Sequence record: NC_048674.1
Direction: 5' to 3' (one strand)
Length of the DNA stretch: 64,000 nucleotides
Of this stretch, positions 8,856-18,537 are shown piece by piece (the stretch's first letter is position 1; each line of letters begins with the position of its first letter). The notes beneath the pieces are model-generated. The model ran no database searches, was not told where the DNA came from, and saw only the letters and a list, made by a program, of their open reading frames with translations. A program made the position numbers and the translations under genes.

Positions 8856-10409
8856 TCAACTAACAACAAAAACATCTTCATAACGGTTTGCAGTGTTCTT
8901 ATCCCATCTCAGTTTCTTGATGATAGGCAAGAAGAAACTATACTCTGGATCACCAGCTTTCCGGGTTTTTGATGTGGTTGGTGCGTTAACTTCACATTCA
9001 ACAATCATATCATCAAGTTCCCCGTCGCGATACATCTGCATCAATTTTTCTCTGTCTAGTTCACCACGTTCTTCCAACGGGATATAGATTTCGATAAATT
9101 GTCCACCCTTATCTTCAAACCGTTCTAGTTCTGGATGGTTAAGAATGTCAACCGAACTATATGATTTTTTATGGGTTGTATCGGTAAGACCACTACCGCC
9201 GTTTGTCTTGATAGTACCACATTCAGAAACCATGACAAACCCACCAACCTTGTTAGGGTCTTTGTCGTGGGGATAAACCTCAACGATCCGAAGGTCAAAC
9301 GGGTATTTTTCCTTGAACTTAACAAACAGTTTACTACGCTTGTTTTCCCACAAAGAATCACCGTGTTTAAGAATGATACCTTCGTATCCATCCTGTACAT
9401 AACCCTGATACACGCGGCGTACATCAGCAAGGGTTTTTACCGGGGTAGACTCAATGATCTGGATACAATCATCATCCAACTTAGACAAGAAGTCAATCAA
9501 AATTTTACGTCGTTTCTGTTGGGTCAATTCTGGGGGACAAGGAACCAAACCATAATACACATCACGGGGTACAATATCCCATACCTGATAAACNACACGN
9601 TCTGAGTCTTCCGGAGTGATACTNTTTTTAAGGGANGTNTTCATGATCCCATTACCAGATTCACGGTCAAACACAGTTTTATCGTACTTTTTACTTTTCG
9701 AGAGTTCAACTTCTTCAACATCACCCATAAGGGCTGCCATAACATCGATTTCTGGCTCATCAGATGCGCGCACAACGAATTCCCCGTCCAACACCCACCC
9801 AATGCACTGCATCTTATCAATCGCTCTCAAAATGCGATTAAGACCCAAATATTCGTTTGAACTACGGGTAAAGAAATGTACACCATCGTCGGTAGATAAC
9901 CCGGTCACATCACCAAATCCACGAGCCCCATCCGCCTTAAGTTCTGCATATGCATTACCAAGTTTGAGAATTTTATCAATCAGTTTTTGATCTTCTGGAC
10001 TACTCAACATCTGAGGTTGTTCTTTAACCAGACCTTTCCATACCTTGTTGATAGTGGATACGTTAATACCGACATCCAGATCACCAAACATGATCCTTTT
10101 AACCACTTCCGAATCAGATTCAGACAATTGACTGAGAATTTCAGAAAGTCTACTGATAGCATCTCCACCAGTGAAGACCCGAGTTGCGAATTTTTCCATC
10201 ATGAAAGTTAGAGCTTTTTCAAGACTGCATTCCCCTGTATGGGATGACACTACCGGGAATGTCTTTTTGCTGATACCAAATGTAATCTGTTTACTGTATG
10301 TCATCAGACACACGCGAGCGAGAAGTTCGTTATCTACGTGTGACTTCAAAACTTCCAGCTTTGCGCTACCACGGGCGGTATTAATTTCGTTCAGAATATC
10401 AAGAATCAT
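8856..10409 (-). CDS. 30: ATP-dependent DNA ligase
   Basis: AELKADGARG (KxDG), LDGEF, GYEGIILK, VKFKE, FFLP. Confidence 0.96.
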   Translation of the reverse strand: MILDILNEINTARGSAKLEVLKSHVDNELLARVCLMTYSKQITFGISKKTFPVVSSHTGECSLEKALTFMMEKFATRVFTGGDAISRLSEILSQLSESDSEVVKRIMFGDLDVGINVSTINKVWKGLVKEQPQMLSSPEDQKLIDKILKLGNAYAELKADGARGFGDVTGLSTDDGVHFFTRSSNEYLGLNRILRAIDKMQCIGWVLDGEFVVRASDEPEIDVMAALMGDVEEVELSKSKKYDKTVFDRESGNGIMXXSLKXSITPEDSXRXVYQVWDIVPRDVYYGLVPCPPELTQQKRRKILIDFLSKLDDDCIQIIESTPVKTLADVRRVYQGYVQDGYEGIILKHGDSLWENKRSKLFVKFKEKYPFDLRIVEVYPHDKDPNKVGGFVMVSECGTIKTNGGSGLTDTTHKKSYSSVDILNHPELERFEDKGGQFIEIYIPLEERGELDREKLMQMYRDGELDDMIVECEVNAPTTSKTRKAGDPEYSFFLPIIKKLRWDKNTANRYEDVFVVS

Positions 10410-10412
10410 ATA

Positions 10413-10874
10413 TCAACCTTTATGAGTACGAGTTTTAATAAGGAGATCGATTACTGGGTTTGTTGGGATCAATTCCTTGTTATTTTTATAGAATTCGATA
10501 TCCAACATTTCATCCTCAGAGGGAACATATGCAATTGCGGTAACCATATTGTTCATATCTGGTTCATTAAATGATGCAAACACATTATCAGCACCATACA
10601 AAATTCCCATAATCTGGTTCATGTTATCGGAATTACCGCCATCCAGAGCAACCAGAGTTTCGTGGTTTTGGATCCACTCAATCATATCAGTATTTGCGTA
10701 TTGATCATGTACAAGTCGTGCGAGTGCATGTGCAAGCTGAATACCAGCATAGATACCAGAGATCCCACGATGCACAAAAACGTACCCACGACGAGGTACA
10801 GAATAGGTTGGAACCGGGGATTGAATATTTAACATCGGATTATTTGTTTCATCACAAATTACTTCATATTGCAT
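10413..10874 (-). CDS. PTH2 (peptidyl-tRNA hydrolase 2)-fold protein
   Basis: YVFVHRGI..GIQLAHA..W..HETLVAL..F.EPD..MVTAIA.VP pattern. Confidence 0.6.
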   Translation of the reverse strand: MQYEVICDETNNPMLNIQSPVPTYSVPRRGYVFVHRGISGIYAGIQLAHALARLVHDQYANTDMIEWIQNHETLVALDGGNSDNMNQIMGILYGADNVFASFNEPDMNNMVTAIAYVPSEDEMLDIEFYKNNKELIPTNPVIDLLIKTRTHKG

Positions 10875-11476
10875 TAAATTTTACCTACTAGTTGACTGAA
10901 ATCGTTAACTACGAATTCGGATTTGTCGCTATTACGGCGGTTCATTTCATAAACTGGAATATTGAGTCCACAACGGTCATTTAGCACCTTACGAGCCATA
11001 TCACAGTGATGAGGTAGATCATCCACATAAGTTACTATCCGGTTTCCATAGTGTTGAAACGCCTCTTCAAACAGTTTCTCTTTACTTTCGTTGTGATCGC
11101 AAATCAGAACTTCACGAAACGCACCGGGAAACAATACATTCAGGTTTGACATCCGGTTTGCAGCAACTTCAAACTTAGTTCCCAAAGCAGTAATACCAAC
11201 GAAATCGAATTCATCTTTATTTTCGTTGATGAATTTTAGTGCGTCGTTATAAGGTTTGAGTCCACGAATCCATTTACTTTCATTATATTTCCTAAGAAGC
11301 TGATCACCAAATGCAGGAGAACAGTCGAATATCTCGCTCATTGGGCGGAATTTTTCATCTTGAATCATCTCAATGATGACATTGGTTGGTAAGTTATGTT
11401 CAGCCGCAAAGAACGGTAGATTACTTTGCCAAGAAACACATACACCATCAATGTCTGTTAAGAATACACTTTTCAT
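10874..11476 (-). CDS. 30.2: T4 gp30.2-like HAD hydrolase
   Basis: FLTDIDGVCVSWQSNLPFF, YVDDLPHH. Start reassigned to ATG 11476. Confidence 0.88.
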   Translation of the reverse strand: MKSVFLTDIDGVCVSWQSNLPFFAAEHNLPTNVIIEMIQDEKFRPMSEIFDCSPAFGDQLLRKYNESKWIRGLKPYNDALKFINENKDEFDFVGITALGTKFEVAANRMSNLNVLFPGAFREVLICDHNESKEKLFEEAFQHYGNRIVTYVDDLPHHCDMARKVLNDRCGLNIPVYEMNRRNSDKSEFVVNDFSQLVGKI

Positions 11477-11534
11477 TTTAAACCTCATTATGTTTTGACT
11501 CATTCTATCACAAAATTTCATACGTTGTAAACTA

Positions 11535-11560
11535 AAAAAGAGACCCGAAGGTCTCTTTTT
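11535..11560 (-). terminator. terminator after gene 32 with C(UUCG)G loop
   Basis: AAAAAGAGAC-CTTCGG-GTCTCTTTTTT on the minus strand. Confidence 0.85.
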
Positions 11561-11566
11561 GAATTC

Positions 11567-12538
11567 TTACAGACCAGCCAACAGAGCGTCGAGGTCGTCA
11601 TCACCATCAGAGGAACCTACACTTTCTGACACAGCTTTAGCCAGTTCGTCGGTATCATCTTTCTTTACTTCCGGTTTGGAAGTGGTGCTTGCTTCGAAGT
11701 TTTTCATATCCGCTTCGAATGAATCGAGTTCTTGATCAGCTTTCTTTGCAGAAGCAGTAGAACCACGAACACCCATAATAGTATCAAACTTCTTCTTGAG
11801 TTCATCATAAGGCTTGAATTGGTCAGGTGCTACAATCTTACGCAGATCTTGCATACCTTCCAAAATTGCCTTCTGAACTTCCGGCTTTTCGATACCCGGA
11901 AGCGGGCTTACTGGTTGGAACTTGGAAGTTTCCAGAGTGGCATTCTTCTCGTTTTTCTTGGTAGAACGGAGCAGGAAGTTGGCACCTTCATCAAGGTCAG
12001 TAACTGTAACCTTGGCTTCACCCATTTCCTCATCACCAGCGGCAGCGGCTTGAATCATTTTCAGGATGGTAACACCAAAACGGTATTTGAATACTTTACC
12101 TTCATTATCCGGGTTAGCCGGGTCTTTGATGACCATGATGTTAGCCCAGTAGTTGGTATTGATACTGGTTCCAGTTTCACGAGCAGCTTTCTTATCAGCT
12201 TCGCTAGACCAGTCCCAACCTTGAGCATTGCGCCATTGACACACAGGGCAGCCATCGTAATTCTTGTGAGTACCACCGGTACAGTTTTCTACGTAGTACT
12301 TACCACCGCGCTCTACAAAGTGATTGGAGATGGTCACGATGGTGGGCCAATCTTCCATACCTTCCAGATCACTAGGTTGCAGGAAACGAATGATAGCGGA
12401 GCCTTCTTTGGTCTTCTTATCAACAGTCAGTTTCCATTCAGTCAGATCTTGTTGGAAACCACCTTTGTTAGATACAGCTTCCAGTTGAGCTTGCAGGGCG
12501 GACGGGTCTTTTTTACGACGAACAAATGCAGTAGACAT
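11567..12538 (-). CDS. 32: ssDNA-binding protein gp32
   Basis: EWKLTVD..GSAIIRFL, H..C..CPVC Zn site, YWANIMVIKDPANPDNEGKVFKYRFG, acidic tail DLDALLAGL. Confidence 0.97.
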   Translation of the reverse strand: MSTAFVRRKKDPSALQAQLEAVSNKGGFQQDLTEWKLTVDKKTKEGSAIIRFLQPSDLEGMEDWPTIVTISNHFVERGGKYYVENCTGGTHKNYDGCPVCQWRNAQGWDWSSEADKKAARETGTSINTNYWANIMVIKDPANPDNEGKVFKYRFGVTILKMIQAAAAGDEEMGEAKVTVTDLDEGANFLLRSTKKNEKNATLETSKFQPVSPLPGIEKPEVQKAILEGMQDLRKIVAPDQFKPYDELKKKFDTIMGVRGSTASAKKADQELDSFEADMKNFEASTTSKPEVKKDDTDELAKAVSESVGSSDGDDDLDALLAGL

Positions 12539-12563
12539 ATTTTATTTTCCTTTTGGATTATTT

Positions 12564-13229
12564 TTAGATATTGTTTAGTTCTTTGTAATCTTCGATTATT
12601 TTTTTGAAATGCTTTCTTACTTTTTCTTTATCTATTTTAACTAAGCTACGATAAGCTTTGATACGGCTAGAATAACCGTTCTGCCAAACATGGTCGTTTA
12701 ATTTATCATATGAATCAATGAAATTGAATAATGAATCCAAAAGCAACATCGTTTCATAGCTAATAACGTCTTGTTGGACGTATTTAAATAACCAAGGTTG
12801 ACCATCAGTCGGTAGTATCATATCACGGAACGACACACCTTTTGATTTTGATTTCCTGAGTAAGTCTTGAATTTCTTTCTTAAAGACTATGCTCATTCTC
12901 TCATATTTACCGGTAGTTTTTAAGTAATGATCGTGGGCGTCTTCACCACCGAATTCACCACCCCACATATCCGGATTAGAACACAGATTCGTGATCATTA
13001 TACCACAGAGAGTACCCAGATTATATTTCTTCGCCAACCTTTCATAAATGTGCTTTCGCGCCATTTTATTATAGGTTGCTTCCGATGTATTTAGGAGTTT
13101 CCAATCACCACCTTTAACCACCTGATATTTAGGGTTCGAAAATTGGGTCTTTAAAGACCTATAAAGGCGATAACAGCTTCTCCCATCAATCGTAATCATT
13201 GGTTTTGGAGGGAGAATTAGTTTAATCAT
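12564..13229 (-). CDS. 59: helicase loader gp59
   Basis: MIKL..P..IDGRSCYRLY..LK..F, ISYETMLLLDS, synteny 33-59-32. Confidence 0.93.
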   Translation of the reverse strand: MIKLILPPKPMITIDGRSCYRLYRSLKTQFSNPKYQVVKGGDWKLLNTSEATYNKMARKHIYERLAKKYNLGTLCGIMITNLCSNPDMWGGEFGGEDAHDHYLKTTGKYERMSIVFKKEIQDLLRKSKSKGVSFRDMILPTDGQPWLFKYVQQDVISYETMLLLDSLFNFIDSYDKLNDHVWQNGYSSRIKAYRSLVKIDKEKVRKHFKKIIEDYKELNNI

Positions 13230-13465
13230 TGGTTAAATAGAAAGTCCAAGTTATTTTCTTGTTCAACTCGAAGCACTCGGTTGCTGATAGCTTCCATTCG
13301 AATTTTCTCTTTTAAAACAGGATGGATATGAGAATGGATCTGATCCTCTTCCACCGATTGTTCGTCAGCCACTTCAAAACAGGCTGTAAGCAGGCTCAAA
13401 CCTTGAGCCTCTGCTAGTTCTTCAACTCTCTTAGAGAATTCAATCTTATCGTTTTCTGTAGCCAT
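13226..13465 (-). CDS. 33: late transcription co-activator gp33
   Basis: EFSKRVEEL..EKIRMEAISNRVLR..LDFL, synteny. Confidence 0.88.
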   Translation of the reverse strand: MATENDKIEFSKRVEELAEAQGLSLLTACFEVADEQSVEEDQIHSHIHPVLKEKIRMEAISNRVLRVEQENNLDFLFNQ

Positions 13466-13788
13466 TATTCATCTTCCTCAACTTCATCATCGAAGTCATG
13501 GGATTTTTGTTTCATACCATTAACAAACAGAGTATCAAAGAGGTCGATTGCTTCTTCGTTTTCTTGTTCTACTTCGTCGCGGTTCTGATCAAGATACATT
13601 TTCAGAACCTTATTGAAACGCTTACCGTCCACACCCATAGCCTTTGCTGCATCTTTAGCGGCTTTGATACCTTCCTTCTCGATAGAGATCTTGGTGTGAT
13701 GTTCATAGCAAGTTTTTACTAGTTGAATAAGTTCTTGCTTAGAAGAATGGATATTAAAAATAGGTTTTTCTTTTGCTTCACGAGCCAT
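13465..13788 (-). CDS. dsbA: dsDNA-binding protein DsbA
   Basis: MAREAKEK..GVDGKRFNKVLKMY..DLFDTLF, synteny rnh-dsbA-33. Confidence 0.9.
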   Translation of the reverse strand: MAREAKEKPIFNIHSSKQELIQLVKTCYEHHTKISIEKEGIKAAKDAAKAMGVDGKRFNKVLKMYLDQNRDEVEQENEEAIDLFDTLFVNGMKQKSHDFDDEVEEDE

Positions 13789-13803
13789 ATTATATTTCCT
13801 CAA

Positions 13804-14739
13804 TTAAAATTCAGATTCTTTTCCGATCATTTCTGACATACCAGAAGAGATAAAGTAATTTGTGATTTTACCACGAGCTGGAACTTTGAAAGAATGATAC
13901 TCTGACAGTATTTTAGCAGAAATATCATCTGGTATGAAGTTAAAATCAATTAATTTTTCGTTTTCTTCAAATCTTTCCAATACATCACCTTCAAAAAGTG
14001 ATTTTGGTTCCTTGGCAGTAAATACACTTGCCAACAATTCTTTTCGAATTGACTTCTGTCTCACTCGGTCTTCTTTTTCCAGAAGACTATTCTTATAAAT
14101 AAGATCTGACGGGGAGTAGATATTTGCGATGGAGTCCTTGGTGTCCCCCTTTACAATTTTATAAAGGAGATCCCGTTGTGCGCTACCATGTTCAGGTTTA
14201 ACCCATTTCTTATGCATTGGGTTCCATTGACGAACACCTTTCCACCTTTGAAGCTGGGTAAAGTCTCCATCTGCTGACGTTATGTGTATCTTAACATCTG
14301 GGTCTTTTTCTTTGAAGTATTTAATCAAAACACCAAAAATATCATCTGCTTCTGCACCCGGAACATAAATAGTCTTATATGGAAGGTACTGCGCAATTTC
14401 TTTCCGAACTTCGGTCATTGCTTCGCCAATAGCTTTCCAATCGTAACCACTTTCTTCTTTTTTAGCGATTCGACTCTTTTTATAATACGGAGCCACGTCC
14501 CGTCTCCAATATCCATCAACGGAATCTATCGCAATAATGATATTTGGATAATCATTTTTGTTTTTCAATACATGAGAACGCAATGCATCGATGATGATAT
14601 TACGAATGATTTTTGGAGTGATGATATCTTCCGGTTTGAAGTAATACATCAAATTTGAAATTACTATTTGGCTATAATCTATTAGTTGAATATTGGGTTC
14701 GCCAGTTAGCCCAAGATCTGGATTGTCAAATAATGACAT
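13804..14739 (-). CDS. rnh: RNase H (5' nuclease, FEN family)
   Basis: LIDYSQI, YWRR..YYKKSR, EADDI, SADGDFTQL, KGDTKDSIAN. Confidence 0.96.
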   Translation of the reverse strand: MSLFDNPDLGLTGEPNIQLIDYSQIVISNLMYYFKPEDIITPKIIRNIIIDALRSHVLKNKNDYPNIIIAIDSVDGYWRRDVAPYYKKSRIAKKEESGYDWKAIGEAMTEVRKEIAQYLPYKTIYVPGAEADDIFGVLIKYFKEKDPDVKIHITSADGDFTQLQRWKGVRQWNPMHKKWVKPEHGSAQRDLLYKIVKGDTKDSIANIYSPSDLIYKNSLLEKEDRVRQKSIRKELLASVFTAKEPKSLFEGDVLERFEENEKLIDFNFIPDDISAKILSEYHSFKVPARGKITNYFISSGMSEMIGKESEF

Positions 14740-14751
14740 CTGTTAATCTCC

Positions 14752-14758
14752 CTAAATA
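14752..14758 (+). promoter_or_regulatory. late promoter motif for gene 34
   Basis: CTAAATA 40 nt upstream of the ATG. Confidence 0.6.
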
Positions 14759-14797
14759 ATATATGATAACTAATTCTAACACAAGAGGATCTTGTAA

Positions 14798-17700
14798 ATG
14801 TCTTCAATTCCGTTTCGCGTTACCGACGGCTTAGATGCCGCTGGTCAAAAAATAGTTAACGTCGGTTATCCCGATATTAACTCAAAGATGGATGGTGTGA
14901 GTGTCGATTTCTTTGTACAAGAAAACACAATCCAACTATATGACGCAACTAGAACATACGACAAAAACTTTGCTGTTATCTATGATAACCGCATATACCT
15001 AAGCCAAGTTGATATAACCTCACCCGAGGCATTCAACCCGGTAAAATGGAAACCAGTACGTACAGACCCAAGTTGGAAGCTGGTTACGACTAATGCACCA
15101 GCGTTGACGAATCTTTCTGCTGGCGATCACATATTGGCACAGACCATAAGTAGCGACGTAACATTTACCTTACCAACTAATGCTCTTAATGGGGACGTTA
15201 TTGTTATCAGAGATAATGGTTCTAATCTTCACGATTATACCATAGATGTTTCTGGTAATGGAAGAACTATTTCCGGTTTGGCTTCTTATAAGATCACAGC
15301 CAAAAATTCATCCAACTACTTCATTTTGAATGGTAGCGAATGGTTTGTTCAAACTGAATACGCTGGTGATGTAAACAAATCATTTATCAGCAACAAGTCG
15401 TACCCAGCCGGTGGATATTATAAATCCATTGTTGGTGACCAGTTGATGAGAGAAACCAGATATACTGGTGGAATTAAGATCCAACTACCAAAATACGCCA
15501 GAAACGGTGATACTATTACCACATATGATCTTGATGGTAATAACCCCGTAACAAAGACAACCGTAAACGTTCATCCGGGTAGTAGCCACAACATTATAGT
15601 TGAATACGGATCGACCCCAATGAAAACTGTCGTTTTTGATTCTACTGATTGGGGTATGTTTGTTTTTGATTCAAGTCTAAACGCTTGGAGAGTTTTCGAC
15701 GCCGACAACCTTAGTCGTTGGAAAAGTGTCAAAACATCCACATACTTAGGTCAACCAAACGACCGACTAGTAGTTTATACTGAAACTCCGTCGACTGTCA
15801 ACATTACATTCCCTCGTGATGCGGCAAGAGGTGATAGCTTCTTTATAGACACACGATACATGAAAAGGGGTTCCACTTTAACTTTAAATATTGATGCATC
15901 CAGTACAAATGATTTCTTTGTACCAGATGGTAACACTCTAATGAACCCCCGGATCAGCGCATACCGCGATTTTCTTGCTAATATGGAATCAAATACCGTA
16001 AAAACTCAGTCATTTGATATCCAAAACCGTGGGGAACAGTGGGAATTTGTGTACTTCACAAATGCTCTTGGTTCTGGTAAAGACGTTTGGTCTGTTGTTA
16101 CTATGTCTGAGATTCCGTATCGAGTAGACCGAAATGTACCAGAGTTTTATGGTATGGCTGCCATTGCATCTCAATCATCTGTAAACAAGAACAAAGAAGA
16201 GATCACGACAGGTCAAAACCCAGATTGTGAGGATTTTGTTACCGCAGAAACATTGGCTAACAAAACAGCAAGTACCGTCCGGCGTGGTATCACCCGATAT
16301 GCATCTAATAGTGAATCAAAGGCAGTTAGTGGAAACCTATCCGATGAAGCATGGTCCGGGGTGGCAATAAGCCCGTTCCTGTTGAACGACCGTCTATCTA
16401 CAACAACAATGCGTGGTTTGTTGAAGGTAGCGACACAGAGTCAAGCAAACGCACAATCCGGTTCCGGTGAAAACTGGGCTCAGGTTGCGGTCACACCATC
16501 TACCCTTAACGGTAGAGTTGCCACAGAGTCCATGACTGGTTTATCGGCTCTTGTCTCAGCTAATGGAACTAAGCCTACCACAAGAACAACTCCGGGTACA
16601 GGTGTTTATGATTATAACGATCATAGCAAGGTAATCACTCCGAAAACCCTATTTGAGAAAAACGCAACTGAGTTTTCACAAGGTATGGTGTACATTGCCA
16701 ACCAAGGGGAGGTTAACACAGGTACTGCTGATACCGCAACTGGTGCGCTAGTAGTAACCGCAACTACCCTAGAAGGACGTCAGGCTACAGCATCACTAAC
16801 CGGGTTGTCAAGGGCTGCAACATCAACAGAAGTACTTAGCAACACACCACCGGCTGGTGACAACGTACACGTTAGCGCAAAAGGGCTTGTAAGTAGAACC
16901 GCAACAGAAACCCGTTGGGGTTTGTCCGAAACCGCAACACAAGCGGAAGTAGATGCAGGGACATTACATGACAAATGGTTTGTTACTCCAAAAACATTTG
17001 GTAACTGGTTAGCTAGAGAAAGACTGACTGTGTTCGATACATCGGGACTTAGAACAGTTGGTAATATTTGGGAAGGTCAATCTTTTAATATCGTTATTCC
17101 TACTGAGTCACAACGAGGTACTGCGAGAATTGCAACCCAGATCGAAGCAAACGATATGACCGGAACCGCAAATGACGAAATTATCGTAACTCCAAAGAAA
17201 CTGAGTGCAAGACTAGCGACTACGACCCAAACGGGTTTGTCTCAAATTGCAACTCAATCTGAGGTTGATACCGGTACTAACAACACAAAATACCTAACCC
17301 CGTTAACCGCTCTAACCAGCTCTAGAAATAGTGCGGGTTATAGAATGACTGATACTAGATATGGTGTTGGTATTACTGCAATATTGTCAAACAACAACTC
17401 TGCTAACTCCGTGTTTGAAGGCAATGATATTCTTGGTTCTACAAGAGCATTAACAGGCTACGCACATGGAGATGTATTGGTTTCACCGAGAGGTTTGAAT
17501 ACAGCATTAGCTAATTTCCTACCACTTAAAGCTGTGGCTGTAAGTGCCAGTGCAATGGAGGTTGGTGGAAACCGTATACCTTCAACTGATTGGGTTCGTC
17601 GTACTATCGCACAAACAATAACTGGCGAAATGACGTTTACCGCAAATCCGTCTATTGAGAAGATTAGACCTTATTTCTATCTCAACGAAACATCGACTAC

Positions 17701-18490
17701 ATCTCATGTATCCATGATCCAGTGGAAACGTCAGGGTAGCAATGCGTTTTTAGATCTTGGTGTAAACACGATTGACGGTCCATTAATCCTTAACGCAATG
17801 GACGAAAACAGTAGATATTATAGGATCTTTACTGTTGAACGGGATGGTAACGCAATATTCACCAACCAAGTTCAAAACGGCGGACAGAACCCAACGTCTG
17901 GGAACCACCTTGTTCGTTTTGCTTATGCAGAAGAAAGATATGTTCGTGGGCCGGGTAACTTCGCAGAAACTATTACCGGTAACAAGACTTTTGTTAACAC
18001 TACATATTTTAAGAACAGCGGTGTCCAAAATATATGGATGGGTAATACTTCTAAGAGTGGGATAACCATAAACGCAAACGAGAGTTTGAATATTGGTTCT
18101 CTTGGTGGATTACAAATTCGCCCTAATGGTCTATCTTCGCCATCAAATACATCATCGTTTGAATCGAATGGTGACCTAAAGGTAAATGCTCAAGTTAAGA
18201 TAGGAAGTGCATTACCGATTGATCCTGATGATGCAATTCGTAAAGACTATCTGGATTCCGTGATAGACGATATGAATACTACATCTGGTTCTCGTGTGTT
18301 TAAGGGTGGTGATACCATGACAGGCGAGCTTATCATCAATTCGGTGAAAGCGCTAACCGTAAATGGTGATTCTAACCTGAATGGAACAACAACCGTAAAT
18401 AAACTTAGGATAGCAGTTGGTAACGGAGAATTCTTAGAAATAAGAGCAAACCCAACTACCAAGTCTGTTGACTTTGTTTGGATCAGTTAA
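14798..18490 (+). CDS. 34: long tail fibre proximal subunit gp34
   Basis: FRVTDGLDAAGQK start, repeated ATE...G....AT..EV..GT units, position next to rnh. Confidence 0.95.
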   Translation: MSSIPFRVTDGLDAAGQKIVNVGYPDINSKMDGVSVDFFVQENTIQLYDATRTYDKNFAVIYDNRIYLSQVDITSPEAFNPVKWKPVRTDPSWKLVTTNAPALTNLSAGDHILAQTISSDVTFTLPTNALNGDVIVIRDNGSNLHDYTIDVSGNGRTISGLASYKITAKNSSNYFILNGSEWFVQTEYAGDVNKSFISNKSYPAGGYYKSIVGDQLMRETRYTGGIKIQLPKYARNGDTITTYDLDGNNPVTKTTVNVHPGSSHNIIVEYGSTPMKTVVFDSTDWGMFVFDSSLNAWRVFDADNLSRWKSVKTSTYLGQPNDRLVVYTETPSTVNITFPRDAARGDSFFIDTRYMKRGSTLTLNIDASSTNDFFVPDGNTLMNPRISAYRDFLANMESNTVKTQSFDIQNRGEQWEFVYFTNALGSGKDVWSVVTMSEIPYRVDRNVPEFYGMAAIASQSSVNKNKEEITTGQNPDCEDFVTAETLANKTASTVRRGITRYASNSESKAVSGNLSDEAWSGVAISPFLLNDRLSTTTMRGLLKVATQSQANAQSGSGENWAQVAVTPSTLNGRVATESMTGLSALVSANGTKPTTRTTPGTGVYDYNDHSKVITPKTLFEKNATEFSQGMVYIANQGEVNTGTADTATGALVVTATTLEGRQATASLTGLSRAATSTEVLSNTPPAGDNVHVSAKGLVSRTATETRWGLSETATQAEVDAGTLHDKWFVTPKTFGNWLARERLTVFDTSGLRTVGNIWEGQSFNIVIPTESQRGTARIATQIEANDMTGTANDEIIVTPKKLSARLATTTQTGLSQIATQSEVDTGTNNTKYLTPLTALTSSRNSAGYRMTDTRYGVGITAILSNNNSANSVFEGNDILGSTRALTGYAHGDVLVSPRGLNTALANFLPLKAVAVSASAMEVGGNRIPSTDWVRRTIAQTITGEMTFTANPSIEKIRPYFYLNETSTTSHVSMIQWKRQGSNAFLDLGVNTIDGPLILNAMDENSRYYRIFTVERDGNAIFTNQVQNGGQNPTSGNHLVRFAYAEERYVRGPGNFAETITGNKTFVNTTYFKNSGVQNIWMGNTSKSGITINANESLNIGSLGGLQIRPNGLSSPSNTSSFESNGDLKVNAQVKIGSALPIDPDDAIRKDYLDSVIDDMNTTSGSRVFKGGDTMTGELIINSVKALTVNGDSNLNGTTTVNKLRIAVGNGEFLEIRANPTTKSVDFVWIS

Positions 18491-18496
18491 TAAAAC

Positions 18497-18522
18497 AAAG
18501 CCATCCTACGGGGTGGCTTTTT
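18497..18522 (+). terminator. terminator/hairpin between 34 and 35, C(UACG)G loop
   Basis: AAAGCCATC-CTACGG-GTGGCTTTTT. Confidence 0.75.
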
Positions 18523-18537
18523 CATAGGGGCAATATA

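Noticed and set aside
11732-12607. Long antisense ORFs (also 33600..34490, 37517..38038, 38303..38881, 41013..41639, 43170..43796, 48469..49269, 61087..61725)
   Set aside because: They lie opposite well-identified, codon-biased genes and have no motifs or SDs.
16200-17350. Internal repeats in gp34
   Set aside because: Expected structural repeats of the proximal fibre.
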